64,000 nucleotides of DNA from Eledone cirrhosa (taxonomy: Eukaryota): the NCBI GenBank assembly GCA_964016885.1, contig OZ024741.1, positions 102,548,001 through 102,612,000 of the forward strand, given 5' to 3'. Numbering within the stretch: the first letter of the stretch is position 1; every line of letters starts with the position of its first letter. Shown here one piece after another: positions 40,003 through 55,671 of this stretch. The translations under genes and the position numbers were made by a program. The notes under the pieces were generated by a model. That model was not told the DNA's origin, did no database searches, and saw only the letters and a program-made list of their open reading frames with translations.

Positions 40003-41602
40003 CTTATTATCTGTATTTAATTCTTTAAAGTGTTTTGCGTTTCCTTTCTGATATTTAAATAGCACACGGCATCGTAAATGTTTGACTTTCCTTTTTGGTG
40101 AAGCAGTTTATACCACTCCATAATCCCCCGTTTCACAGGCATTTCTAATGCTTGTAACATTTAAATATTTGTACTGTACTATTTTCCACGTTATGCATTT
40201 GTCCATTACAGTAATCCACTTTGATTATTTTTAATGTGGTTGTCTGGTCATTGCTTAAGCTAGAAAATGTAATTTTAACTTGAGCCTCTGCTATAATAAA
40301 TATCTTGGAATTTAGTCTAATGCAATATAATCGTTTGGGTAATTTTATAAAATTATTACATGCATTTGTGAATAATAATCTCATCGTGTTACATACGAAT
40401 GCTAAATACGCTGGAAATATTTTATAGTTGTCGCTTAGAATCGGCGTGTCTTCAATAATGGTATAATGATGACCATAGCAAAACATATTTAGAACAATCA
40501 AATATGTCTCAAATAAGCATCACGATGCTAGTTGCTTGGGGGAGAATAACTCTGCTTAGTGGGCCATTTTAAGTGAATTTCTTTTTTTTTTTTTTTTTTT
40601 TTTAATCTGAAAGAAATCCACATATTTGGACCCTTTTTCTAACGTACAATTCACGCAAAAATCAATAGAAATTTTGGCCTTTTAAGCAGTAATAATTGAT
40701 ATGTAACGCAATAATACATATGGTTCCTGTTTATTAGCCACAAGTGCTCAATTAAGTATTTGCTTCCTCTACTCAACCAAAATACTTAGAATTTAGGTAT
40801 GTAATAATGCTTTCCAATTTAGACACAATATTTCTTTTTTTCGGAAGTGAAAATTGACCATAGTACTTGATTGGTACTTTATTTTATTGACCTTGGAAGG
40901 TTGAAAAACAAGGTTGACCTGGGTAAGGTTTCAACTAGGAACCTAAACAGTAAAAATAAATACTGGTAAGCATTTGTTTGTTCAACTCTTTGATGGTACT
41001 GCTAATCCAATGAAACAAATTAGAACATAGCAAAGGCGTTCCGTTAGTAACTATCGTACTCTAAACCTCCACAGGTTGGATAGGGGAGATGTTTCAACTA
41101 GATTGACATAGTTCGTCTCCACTAAATACTCATTACTCTCGCAAAGGAAATCGTCACTCTCAGATCAATTATTCACAATTAAAATTCTCTAACGTTTCGC
41201 ATAATAGACCTCATTTACCCTGTCGGCAACATTAGGCTATATCGACCTAAACTTTGAGAAGTGGACAAAATTCATCCGCTTCCCATTAGTCATTCTCGGC
41301 GTACAAACCCTTCTCCCAAGTGTTCCTTCCCTAATTGTAACATTTTGGAAACTCCCCACAATTCTAAATTGTTCAAATTTAATATCCCTTAACTCTCACA
41401 AGTATGGAAAGGGCTACGGGATCTGGTTCTCTTCCTTGGACTACAATACAACTAAAATGAAATTGAACTCCATAGTGTTTGCGTCCTACACAAATATTTC
41501 ATTGTTAATAAAACAGTAATTCTAATAAGAATTAGCCCCACAAATTTGGTTAAGTTGCTTAGTCATCTGGAATAAAATCCTAGTGGCAACAACTGTCGTC
41601 AT

Positions 41603-41634
<32 letters not shown>

Positions 41635-42924
41635 GAAGAAGAAAAAAATAAGCACTACTCATAAATTGATTTGTCATCAATTCTGCCCGCAGAAATACAA
41701 TATATAATAATGTAAAGCTCAACTGACTCGCATCTGAGTATTGCTCTCTCACATTTAGGACTGGGATCTAACTACACATGCAGTCGTCATGAAGCGTTTC
41801 GCATGCAAACGAATAGTAATCAGATTAATCTGAAATCCCTACTGAGTAAATTACGTCTTATCCTCGAGTATACTTTTTCCCCTCTATTTTCTACCACTTC
41901 TACACTGGCCACAGCTCCTCGAAAGTCAGACACACGCAACATACACGTCTCTCCTCATACATATACGTGCACCTCCAGCTACGTTCCACTATAATCACTA
42001 CGCTTAGTTTACCTCGCCTTCTGGAATTTTCTGCAACCAACAATTAAATCTAAAGAAATAGGGCAGCCCTCTCTCCATACTAAACATAGGGTGAAAAAGC
42101 CCTTTATGCATTTCATCCCAGCGGAAGTGTTAAGCGATCTTTCATCAATTTAGTTTAGATTACAGTGTTTTCTACTTTCATATCCTTTACTATTAATACT
42201 GCAGCAGCGGCAACTCTGTGGGAGACTTCAAATCAGATTAACTAAAAAAACGTGCTTAGCATGTTTAAGTAAGTTGTATTCATATTTTGACGTGTTGGTT
42301 TTTTTTTCACAATTTCCTGTTTACGTTATGATTGACTTGAACAGTATATTATTAAATACTGGTTACAGCTTTTCATCGGATCCCCAAATAATTTCACTTC
42401 TCTTCTCATTAAATGTTTGTGTGTATTATATACTTGTTTAGGGCGGTGGATTGGCATTTTGTGTTGAAAGAGTTAATGGTGTATTGATTAATGGTGATTG
42501 TAATAGTAGGACACCTGTAGGCGGTTGGAGTTTGAACAATTTTACTAATAGTGTAAATGGTTGAGTGTTCTTAGAAGAAGCAGTTAGTGGTGTAGAAAGG
42601 AATGTTATGGCCAGAGGCTGGAATTGCATTGTATTATTCCAGGGTTGATTTTAAAAATAAGAACCATTCAAATACTGTGAGGGGCGGTTTATTGAATTAC
42701 GCTCTTTCTCTCTTCCAATTTTCAGGCTTGTGGTTATGTTAAAAACAATTATAAGACTGTTTAAGTGATTGTGAGAAAAGGACAGATTTAGATGAGTAAT
42801 TGTTGGATGGACTTCCATAGCTTCAGTCCATTTAAAAAAAAAAAAATTATATGATTAAACATTTGAAAGACATATGTTCCTTTCCCACAATTCTCAGGGA
42901 TATTCAGCGAAACACAGTGCGTGT

Positions 42925-43088
42925 CGAGGCTGATCCTTGGAATTACAGATACAACTCAGTTTTTCATCTAAATGAAATGGGACAGAGTAAAATAACGTGT
43001 CAAAGATGTGGCGCCTCGCTGGGAAACGAACTCACAACCTTACCATCGTGAGCTGAACATTCTAACCATTAGGTCTCGCGCCTTCACA
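42925..43088 (-). mobile_element. tRNA-derived SINE
   Basis: Minus strand GTGAAGGCGCGAGACCTAATGGTTAGA..GTTGTGAGTTCGTTTCCC; same family as 755-971. Confidence 0.7.
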
Positions 43089-43423
43089 ACAATTTTATGT
43101 TGGATATCGAATTGCAGGCTCGCAACAGAACGACAATTCACTAGATTTTATTTTTGAAAATATAGTTATCTGTTTAGATGAAATATGGAAAAAAAAGAAA
43201 GATTGTATTTTTTTTTCTTTTAAAGTCAAAATTGCGTTGATAAAGCTTTAACATTTCTGTTTGATTTCATAAATTATAATGTTTAATGTGCGTCTAGTTC
43301 GCAAGTTCAATTTCCGGATTAGACAATGCGTTATCTCCTAGAACAAGACAATTTATTTCAGGTCGCTCTAATCTATTCAGTTGGCAAACATTAGTTGCAA
43401 TGATACAGGTGTGTCGCTGTATC

Positions 43424-43465
<42 letters not shown>

Positions 43466-44559
43466 CTTTCCCTTGGACAACATTGGTGTCGTGGAGAGGT
43501 AAAATTTACATGCAATGATGACTGCGGCTTTGGGAGAAACTTTCCAAGTGCAAACCTATGATCAGTAATATATTATATTATATATGTGCTAAAGTGCATA
43601 CCACTAAAATGTTTAATACTCACGTGTGAAATTTAATCGCATCTTTTTCCTTCATGTTAGAAAATGTTTTTCGTCACCCCTGGTTCACTAGACTATTTGG
43701 TTGCTTTTAAACGACTACATGGTTACATCACGTATACATGCGTGTCACCCGAGTAAGTTTGTGATTATTATCGCTATTATTTTGGAAGAAAATCATATGA
43801 TGTAACCCCAACAGACTAAATACAGCTAAAATAATTTTCGAATAAATCAATTCTCTTCAACAGAACATGACTATCAAGAATATTATCAGTGTCCAAGATG
43901 GAAGTGGTAGTTATTGATAATTGATATGTATGTGTCTATCATATGCACTAAACTCTTACAAATTTAATTATAGTCTCGATAATATGTTAGTAGTATTATT
44001 GCTTAAAGTGTTAATGTTTGTGTTGCTGGTGTGGTTGTAGTTATCAAGTATTTTACACAGCTTTTGTTGATCAATTTTGTTGTTTTTCTTGCTGTTGTTC
44101 TTATTACGAATTATTGATGATTGCCGTTTGTATCGAGTTGGAGTTGCTGGCTGTGGAGTTTATATTAAAGGTTGCAGTGGTTATCACCAGAAGACGCAAT
44201 GAGGTGTGTTTCAGTGGCTTGGGTTGAAGGATGTTTGAATCCTGTTTTCGGGTAAGAGTATATAAGATTTTCTTACATGAAATTACTACATCACCAGCCT
44301 TCCACAGTGAACTGAAAATACAATTTTTCTATATAGTCATTACAATAACATTCCCTATACTTTCGAACATTTACACCAGTAATATAAACAGCAACAGTTA
44401 ATTTGCTAGATATAACGGTAACACACATACATACGTCGTATATCAATACGGTGCTCTTACGACTCCCCCAGGGGTTACAGAACCATGCATGCAATGAAGA
44501 TAAGTTTCGGCAGTATTACCTCAGACCATGCTTAACGTAATAGCACCCTATTTCAAATC

Positions 44560-45450
44560 ATGTTTCACACATCAGTCATGTTTTGGCCTAGTTCAGTAAA
44601 CGGTTATTGTTTGTTGAGATATATCCTAGCTTATCGAGAATTTCCGGGAAGGATGTATCTAGTAACCGTTTGAGTTTAATGGGATCTTTTTCTGTCTTGA
44701 TATATTTTGGCATGATATTGAAGAGAGCAGGGTCAGTTGAGGTTAATTAGTTGTGTCGTAATGTTAAACGATGCCAGGTCGATTTTTATAGAATGCAGTT
44801 AGCACGGAGACAAAACTATGGATGGATTATAAAGTCGATGCCTACATAATTTGGGCAATGTTGATGGAATATTTTTCACATTCTACAAATATTGGAGAGA
44901 GTACAGTGGAGATATTATTAAGTTAGCCTCAATAATCAAGGCCTGTCAAGCCATCTACCTGTTTTTTAATTGATCTCTAGATTGATTCTGTTTCTATAAT
45001 ATTTCGATTAGTGTCAGCAGACCTCAGCAGGAAACATTAGGACGTTGTAAAAGTAGAAAGATAACAGTGAATATCCCTAGATTGAAACGTTCTAAGAATC
45101 CAGGAACACATGCTGCGGGTCATGTCAACTTTGTTATGTAAATGGGTATTTCAATTTAGGTTATTATTGATCTCGGGTGCTGTTGGATTCTACGAGTGTT
45201 TCAGCCAAGAGAAGAGAATATGCTAACTTAGGTACATCCTCTTTTCCAATTTGGATTAATTCAATTTTATGCTAAATATAAACAAATTAAAATCTATGAA
45301 CTCTCAACTCCCTATCACAGCACACACAAATATATCCTAATATATCCTCCTATGCCCTGGGCAACAGGCTATGCATACGCAGTGACTGAAACTGCACTCA
45401 TCTACCAAAGAAAAGACGCATAGTTTTCAGGGCACTGAACATCACGATGT
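44560..45450 (-). mobile_element. Degraded CR1-like LINE fragment
   Basis: Colinear similarity with 37180-38060, for example TGCTAAATATAAA.AAATTAAAATCTATGAACT and TATGCATACGCAGTGACTG. Confidence 0.6.
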
Positions 45451-46879
45451 AAGTCCTCCGAATGTACAACCTCTCTTTTAGGTTTGCTGAATCCCCGGTC
45501 ATTGTATAATCATTTATAATGTTTCTGAAGATATAACATATTTAATAAGGTTTTATCATACTGAATATTTTTTCACTTCATATTTCACGAATGTATGTAT
45601 GGTGAGGAGGGTGATTTTTGGACACCCTGCGGGATGAAAAACAAAACCCGTCAAAGGGCGAGGGAACTCAGGAGAGTCAATGGCTATCCAATAAAGATTT
45701 TCGTGGAGTGAGAGACTCCTAGTCTTCATTAAGACATCTCTCTAGGAGAAGGTCACTCTGAGATAAAACCTGCGACGTCGTTTACATCCAACAATGTAGA
45801 CCAGTTCTTCTTTTTGGGCTAAGGCATTCGTTATTCCTCGCTTAAAACATCTTCATGCACAAGCATAGCTGGATGATATAACATTTCTTTGCGATGCATG
45901 GTATTGCTGGCCATTGGCAAGACTTAGCAGAACTAAAAAACCACGTCTGTGATGCTCATGCTTAAGTATCAAGCGATGGCTTTACTCGAAATCGATTTGC
46001 AGCCATCATGTATGCATGTATGTATGTCGTCATAATGTAAATGTTTTTGGTCATGCAATTATACAGTAACAAACTGTATTTTCAGTGTATGCAATTAAAA
46101 ACAAAAAAAACATTGTAAAGCTAGAAATATGGTTGGTGGTTACTGTTGTATATTTAGAATATAGACTGATATAATATATATGTGTGGGTGGGAGGTGTTG
46201 TGTGCTCAAAAAATATACATATAAGCACATACACATACATTCATATATACAAAGAAGTCTGTAATCTATGTATTTATAAAAAGGAAGTTTGTTTGATTCT
46301 ACGTCGACCGCTAATGACATTAAATAAAATTGATTATAATTAAGTTTTTTTCGTGTTTTCAACTAATCTGAGCTCCAATAAACTCATTGTCCACTTTTTT
46401 TTCCGGAAATGGAATTGTAGGGGGTGGGGTTAGTTCGGGAAGATTTACTGCTCCTTCTAACATTCATGTACTATCTGTTCATCTGTCATATTATCTATAT
46501 TTAGTGTGGGAAACTACTCGATCCACCTCCTCCACTTTCTAACTAACTAAAACTTTTCTAGGTGTTTTCGTTTGTTGTCGGCCGATCTGATATCTGACTC
46601 AATCGCTAACGACTCCTTTTTCCGAGAAAGGGAGGGAAGGGGACCATTGGAGTTACGAATAAGCACATCTCAGCTGTTTTAATTCAGAGAAAAGCACTCG
46701 CTGTGGATCGCAAAGAATTTTTTTTCTTCCTGGGTCTTTTCATATTTTCAATTAATTTGACCTTCGACATGTTCGCAACCACCTTGTTTTCTGAAAACTG
46801 AATTGGGTGGGGAAAAACCGCGAGTTTCCCTAGCCTCGAAAATTTCTTCAGTTAGAATAACAGAGGCAGGATGGGAAGA

Positions 46880-47080
46880 GGACCCTCGGAATTACAGATA
46901 AGCACCTCTCAGCCGTTGAAATTTATAGAAAAGCAATCCCTTGATTCTGAAAGATGTTTTGATCCTTCATCCTTTTCCACTGTTGTGGAAAGCGTTGTAA
47001 ACTTAATTAATGAAGTGTTCCCTAATTTTGAAATCTACCATTCCAATGAGGAGTGGCTATGTGAAAGAATAATCCGTGCC

Positions 47081-47113
<33 letters not shown>

Positions 47114-47600
47114 ATAGTGAATGCCATCAACAAAATATCTCACAAATAATCCCTGGAGGAAGCTAGACTAATAAATATATCGATAAAGTTGTCGACGAGG
47201 ACGAAGCTGTTCATTATCCTGTTGAATTTCTCAGTGTGGAACAATCGGGTATGCTACCATACAACCTTGAATTGAAGAAGGGAACAGCCATCATGCTTCT
47301 CAAAAACCTGGGTCAGCCATGATTGTACAATGGGATGTGTATGGTTGTGACTGAACTATGGCCTCACATTATCGAAGCCAAAATATTCACTGGGTGTGGT
47401 AAGGGGGACATCGTATTTATACCTAGAATGCTGATAATACCAACAGATATCCCCTTTCATTTCAAATTATTGCAATTCCCAGTGTGAGTCAAATACGCAA
47501 TGATCAAATCCTGAAGCTTGTCGGTTCCATCTAGAAGAGGGCTGTGTCTCAAATGTTCCATTGTATGTAGGTTATTTCAAACCAGGAAGACCCCACAATC
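46880..47600 (+). pseudogene. Helitron PIF1-like helicase remnant
   Basis: LINEVFPN..EWLCER, VNAIN, EAVHYPVEFL..SGMLPYNLELKKGTAIMLLKNL..LYNG..IIEAKIFTG..GDIVFIPRM..PFHFKLLQFPV, with stops and frameshifts. Confidence 0.88.
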
Positions 47601-48714
47601 TCTTCATATATGCTCCAAAGAAAAAGTTTAAAACATTGTGTATACTGACGTTTTGTAAATGATGTACAATTTTCGTAGAATACATTTTTAAAATTATTTT
47701 CTTTATTACTTTTTGTATTTAGATATTCTAAATAAATTAAAAAAAGACATGCAATATTTAAATACATTTCAACATATATTATTTCAATGAAGATGGGCAT
47801 TACGATAAATGGCAATAGGTGCCTTATGAATAGATTTGAGCACAGCACAGACTGGGATGAAGGCCGGGAGGCCTCTAGTAAGAAGCAAAATTTTATATAT
47901 TTTTCTGTGTTTGTGCTATGTGTAAGCTTTGCGTGTCATTGTTTGTGTAAGCACTCGTGTCAATATGAGTGCATTCCTGTGTGTGTATATATCTTTATGT
48001 CTGTCTGTATGTATGTTTGCACAGAGTTTTACATCTGTATTTTTGCACGGTGTATGTATGTGTCTGTATGCGTGCATTCGCAAGTGACAAATAAAATAGC
48101 GTGCCAATGAATACGTTCAGCTCTGGGGCTTTTGTTTCTACGATGAAGTTTTAATTACTCTCAAATAGCTTTAACTTGGAAATGTAAATTATCAAAACAC
48201 CTGGGAATGTAAGTCATTAAATAGTTCCATATTTCCCAAAATATTCCTCCACATGAACCGTCGCTATTTTAAAGAATGAGAAATATATATGTGCGTGTAA
48301 CGTTGCTTCCAGTTCTAAATGGAGGAGAGTCTCTCTCTCTCTCACACACACGGGGGGGGGGGGGGATATATATTGCATACATATTTATTTTAATGTGTTG
48401 TCATGATAAACTTTCATCTGTCACTGTATTTACATTACATTAAACTAGCTTATTTTATATTATACATACTCTATTATTAATATATGGGTTTCATAAGAAT
48501 TTGATGTAATATATTAATTTATCGAGTTTTTTGGTAAAATGTGCACAATGGTAGTCATTTTGTATGTTGTAACATCTGTCCTTAAGGAGTTCGCTTCGCC
48601 ATCACGTGGTTTTGGAGTTAGTTCCGTTGTGTGGCACCTTGTGCTAGTGTTTTCTATTATAAATGCTTGTGAGTGAAATGTAGTAAATGTGAATTGGAGA
48701 AACCTCTACATTCG

Positions 48715-50515
<1,801 letters not shown>

Positions 50516-50608
50516 TAATAATAATAATAATAATAAAATTGAAGACTAAAATCCAAAGAGGGCTCGATAAGGAAAATATATATCAAATATATAAGAACCG
50601 TAGAACAA

Positions 50609-52226
50609 ATATTTATTAAAATAACAGATTAAAGTTTAAGCAAAGAATCGCTGCTTTCACCCTTAACGGGATCTTCTGAAACTAACAAAGTCAATCTGTA
50701 AACGCAGAACTGGATATTTCAAAAAACGTTGCAGCCGGAGGAAGACAGGAAGACGATACTTTGGTTCGTGGTAACGCTCGCTAGCAAAGAACGGGAAAAA
50801 ACGAATAATACGTCATTAATAGGAGCGGTGAAAAACAATTACGCGCAAAGACAGAACCACGTTTATGGTATAAAAGAGGTCGTAGACTAATGTTCTCTTA
50901 GGTAGTGCATAGAGACGTTCTCTGGCAATGAACGAAAAAACGAAGATAATAAGTCGTATGTGGAGCGTGGAGGACGTCACTTTCAGCTTATATCTGGAGT
51001 CTAAAAGATAACCACACCCAATATAAGTTACACTGGGAGATCCTAGCTAGGGCTAAATCGTATAACGGAAATAAAAGACCATGTGACCTCTGCGCCGCTG
51101 AGGCCCTGGAAATACTCTACGCCACAGACCACATCTTAAACAAAAAATCTGAGGCAATTTCGGCTTGTAAACATAAATTGCACAAAACTTTCCTGTATTA
51201 CAGCCCCACGTTATACACTAACGGATAGCACGACCTATACGTGGATATTTTACGTCTTGATGTGGGAGCTAAGTATATGTTTTGTTTATTCCTTTACTTA
51301 TTTGCATAGGTAAGTATATATTACCCGTATGTTTTGTGAAGGTATGTATACTTTCTCGTACGTATATTTGACTGTTATGGCGTATAATTTTTACATAGTC
51401 TGGTATTTAGGGTTTGGCTATGTGTATACGGGAGTTTCGCGTCTGCGTGAGTATGCAGGTTCGTACGTATGGTGGGTGTGTGTATATGTGTACTTCTTGT
51501 TTTAGTTGACTTACGTCTCCGATCATTCGTGTATTTATATGTAGGTATGCGTGTGCGCTTGTTATATACGTATTTATTTACTTATATACATTGATATAAT
51601 TATTTATTTATTTGTACACAAGCATACACACACACACATATTTATATGTGCGTGGTTTTGTATACTTATGGTAAGGTTTTGCGTATGCTTGTGTATGTAC
51701 GTATCTGTATGTACGTATCTGTTTGCATGTATGTATTTATTTGTTTCTATTACTTCTGTATTGTATTTATTTACTTTCTTCTTAACTCTGTAGCGGAGAT
51801 TAATTTTAGTCTACGACTTCTGCTATACCATTTACGTGGTTTTGTCTTTGCGTGCTATTGTTCTCCACGCTCCACATACGACTTATTATCTTCGTTTTTT
51901 CGTTCATTGCCAGAGAACGTCTCTATGCACCACCTAAGAGAACATTAGTCTACGACCTCTTTTATACCATAAACGTGGTTCTGTCTTTGCGCGTAATTGT
52001 TTTTCACCGCTCCTATTAATGACGTATTATTCGTTTTTTCCCGTTCTTTGCCAACGAACGTTACCACGAACCAAAGTATCGTCTTCCTGTCTTCCTCCGG
52101 TTGCAACGTTTTTTGAAATATCCAGTTCTGCGTTTACAGATTGACTTTGTTAGTTTCAGAAGATCCCGTTAAGGGTGAAAGCAGCGATTCTTTGCTTAAA
52201 CTTTAATCTGTTATTTTAATAAATAT
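50609..52226. mobile_element. Neptune-type PLE family E, palindromic insertion
   Basis: Inverted arms at about 50609-50972 and 51863-52226. Plus-strand GIY-YIG C-terminus at 50974-51228 (TSLSAYIWSLK..WEIL..CDLCAAE..LNKKSE..CKH). Confidence 0.88.
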
Positions 52227-52229
52227 ATA

Positions 52230-52273
<44 letters not shown>

Positions 52274-52362
52274 ATGTATTTTGCAATACACTTTATGCTT
52301 AATTAAAAGCATTTTGAAGACCGTAAGCTATTGTTTTAAAGTAGTGACAAATTCACTCACTT

Positions 52363-52457
52363 TGATCTCAGCAAACAGGGGAGATAAGCCGACAAGACTT
52401 GTTTCGCTTTGGTTGAAGCTTATCAAGGCCAACTACCCCACCTGTCTACTGAGATCA
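52363..52457 (-). ncRNA. Extended type I hammerhead, U3-A8 core variant
   Basis: Minus strand TGATCTCAG TAG ACAGG TGGGGTAGTT GGCC-TTGATAA-GCTT CAACCA AAGC-GAAACAAG T CTTGTC-GGCT TATCTCC CCTGT TTG CTGAGATCA. The G.U pairs work only on this strand. Confidence 0.8.
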
Positions 52458-52678
52458 TTGATGTTATATTCTTATAGAAATCTAGTAAATAATCAGGAGC
52501 TGATTATGCAGAGCGGTTGTTGGTCAGGCAGAAATTAAAAATTAGAATTGGAGCTCTGAAATACCAATATATATATGGATGTATATATAATGTATTTTGC
52601 AATACACTTTATGCTTAATTAAAAGCATTTTGAAGACCGTAAGCTATTGTTTAAAAGTAGTGACAAATTCACTCACTT

Positions 52679-52772
52679 TGATCTCAGCAAACACGGAGAT
52701 AAGCCGACAAGACTTGTTTCGCTTTGGTTGAAGCTTATCAAGGCCAACTACCCCACCTGTCTACTGAGATCA
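52679..52772 (-). ncRNA. Extended type I hammerhead, U3-A8 core variant (second unit)
   Basis: Same core as 52363-52457. The predicted GUC cleavage sites (52706/52705 and 52391/52390) are 315 nt apart. Confidence 0.8.
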
Positions 52773-52907
52773 TTGATGTTATATTCTTATAGAAATCTAG
52801 TAAATAATCAGGAGCTGATTATGCAGAGCGGTTGTTGGTCAGGCAGAAATTAAAAATTAGAATTGGAGCTCTGAAATAGCAATATATATATGGATGTTTT
52901 TGTGTGT

Positions 52908-53233
52908 CACACAAAAAAACAAGATGGCGTAGGACAGAACAAAGGAGAGGCACAAAAAACAAAAAACAGAGAAAAGAATCCCCAGTCACTGAAGAGGTCA
53001 CAGAATGTGTGACGAAAGAACTTTGACAATATATAAACAACCATCTGGTTGTGGAACCAACCAGCCAACCGGAAATTTATAAATTCCTAAATTTATAAAT
53101 TTATTATAATAAATTGAAGTGAAAGCAACTGGCGCGTGTGTTTCTTATTGGCAACATGACCCTCCCAAAGTAAAACAATATCGGTTTCAACACACGTTTT
53201 CAGATAAAGAATCTTGCTAAACATATTCAGAAA

Positions 53234-53236
<3 letters not shown>
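52908..53236 (+). mobile_element. Solo pLTR of the Naiad-like PLE (diverged variant) with hammerhead at 52984-53027
   Basis: Aligns with 22036-22360. The HHR has a CUU triplet, and the 3' end abuts (AT)n. Confidence 0.9.
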
Positions 53237-53276
<40 letters not shown>

Positions 53277-53285
53277 TATATATAT

Positions 53286-55590
53286 ATTTCGTTTCTGAAT
53301 TTGTTTAGCAAGATTCTTTATCTGAAATCGTGTGTTGAAACCGATATTGTTATACTTTGGGAGGGCCATGTTGCCAACAAGAAACACACGCACCAGTTCC
53401 TTTCACTTCAATTTATTATATATTTCTGGTTGGTTGGTTGGTTCCACAACCAGATAGTTGTTTATATATAGTCATAGTTCTTTCGTCACACACTCTGTGA
53501 CCTCTTCAGTGACTGGGGATTCCTTTCTTTGTTTCTGTGCCTCTCCTTTGTTCTGTCCTACGCCATTTTGTTTCTGTGTGTTTGTTGTGTGCTCAGTCTG
53601 CACATGCGCCACATCCGGGTGTCTGTGTTTGTTTATGTTCATTTATTTATTTGTTTATTTACATGTTACTGGTTGGTTGTTTGTTCTATGTGTGTGTGTG
53701 TTTTCATTTTGCCCTTAATTGTAAGTTGTGATGTTGCTGTTCCATTCATATTTTCTATTTAATTTTGGTTGTAATTCTTTTATGTTTATGTAATTCTTCT
53801 AATTGTTCTTTAAGTTTAAGTCTACTGTCCCACCATACCATGAATAAGTTAGCTATGTCGCCTGCAATGCTAACACCAATGGCTGCTCCTTCCTCTTGGG
53901 CATATGTTTTCCATTTAATGGAAAAACATATGCCGAAGAGGAAGGAGCAGCCATTGGTGTTAGCATTGCAGGCGACATAGCTAACTTATTCATGGTATGG
54001 TGGGACAGTAGACTTAAACTTAAACTTAAAGAACAATTAGAAGACCCCTTAACCCTGATAATGTACTCCCGCTACGTTGATGATATAAACATCGTAGTTA
54101 AGACACCCCCACTAGAGAACAGTCAGGAACTAGAGAAAAACACAATGGAAAGCATCCAGCAAATAGCAAACTCCATCCACCAGAGCATTAGAGTTACTAT
54201 AGACTACCCAAGTAAACACCCCAACCATCGATTACCTGTACTAGACACAGAGCTCTGGTTAGATACCATTAACAACAAAAAACAAATCCTCCATTCCCAT
54301 TATGCCAAACCCATGACTTCCAAACATCTGATCCACCGAAACTCGGCCATTTCGGACCATACCAAAATCAACATACTGATTGCGGATTTGGTACGGGTGA
54401 TGAGAAATGTGTCCCGCATGTGCAACCCCGAAGAACTAGAGAGACACATACAACACTTCATCCACCGTATGTAGTTCTCTGGCTACAACCAGAGAGATAG
54501 AGTCAGAGTGTATAGAGGAGCCAGAACCAAATGGGAAAAAATGGTAAATAATGACATAAATGGGACCTGCCCCTTGTATAGGAGCAAATTTTGGAATAGA
54601 ATAGAAAGAACTAGGAACAAGGTTAATAGAATAAACTCATGGTATGATAGCCATAAATACCAGAGTGTAATGTTCATCAATACAACCCCTAGAGGTGAAT
54701 TAGCTTACAAATTTAGAAGGACCCTAAATAAACATAAACTCACTATTAAGATAGTAGAAAGACCAGGTACCTCCGTAAAAACACTTATTAGCAAGACATA
54801 CCCTTTTCAAAGACCCTCATGTATAGATAAGAAATGTATAACCTGTAAAATAAGCCCCCATATTAACTGTAAAACTAGAAATGTAGTGTATAGCATAAGA
54901 TGTACTGAAGGACAATGTAGAGACAAAAATATAGTGTACATAGGTGAGACAGCTCGTAGTGTAGGGGAACGGATAAATGAACACTGGCGAGACCTTCAAG
55001 ATAATAAAGAATCATCTGTACTCTACCAACATGCTAAAATAGAACATAAGGGTAAATTAGAGAACATAGAAATAAAAATAGAATCTACACACAGAAAAGA
55101 CGCAATGTTTAGACAAATTACAGAGGCAATAAACATAAAAGAATTACAACCAAAATTAAATAGAAAATATGAGTGGAACAGCAACATCACAACTTACAAT
55201 TAAGGACAAAATGAAAACACACACACACATAGAACAAACAACCAACCAGTAACATGTAAATAAACAAATAAATAAATGAACATAAACACACACAGACACC
55301 CGGATGTGGCGCATGCGCAGACTGAGCACACAACACACACACAGAAACAAAATGGCGTAGGACAGAACAAAGGAGAGGCACATAAACAAAGAAAGGAATC
55401 CCCAGTCACTGAAGAGGTCACAGAGTGTGTGACGAAAGAACTATGACTATATATAAACAACTATCTGGCTGTGGAACCAACCAACCAACCAGAAATTTAT
55501 AAATTTATAAATTTATAAATATATAATAAATTGAAGTGAAAGCAACTGGTGCGTGTGTTTCTTGTTGGCAACATGGCCCTCCCAAAGTAT

Positions 55591-55598
<8 letters not shown>
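53286..55598. mobile_element. Second composite Naiad-like PLE insertion: inverted 3' end, fold-back, then 5'-truncated forward copy
   Basis: Minus pLTR and 3' end at 53286-53790, a short inverted RT piece at about 53791-53915, then forward RT-GIY-YIG and pLTR. HHRs lie at 53470-53514 (-) and 55404-55448 (+). Confidence 0.93.
53914..55203 (+). pseudogene. PLE RT C-terminal part plus complete GIY-YIG domain
   Basis: ORFs 53896-54474 and 54508-55203 are in the same frame, separated by a CAG>TAG stop. This copy supplies the intact C-terminus (..EHWRDL..LYQH..RQITEAINIKELQPKLNRKYEW). Confidence 0.93.

Positions 55599-55671
<73 letters not shown>

Larger units (their letters stand above)
52263..52897 (-). 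mobile_element. Tandem non-coding dimer of about 315 bp with one hammerhead per unit (retrozyme-like)
   Basis: Units at 52263-52578 and 52579-52897 are nearly identical, contain multiple hairpins and have no meaningful ORF. Confidence 0.8.

Noticed and set aside
52158-52190. CAGAAGA-TCCCGTTAAGGGT-GAAAG in family E as a hammerhead
   Set aside because: U4 is changed to A, and there is no NUH site or stem I pairing.
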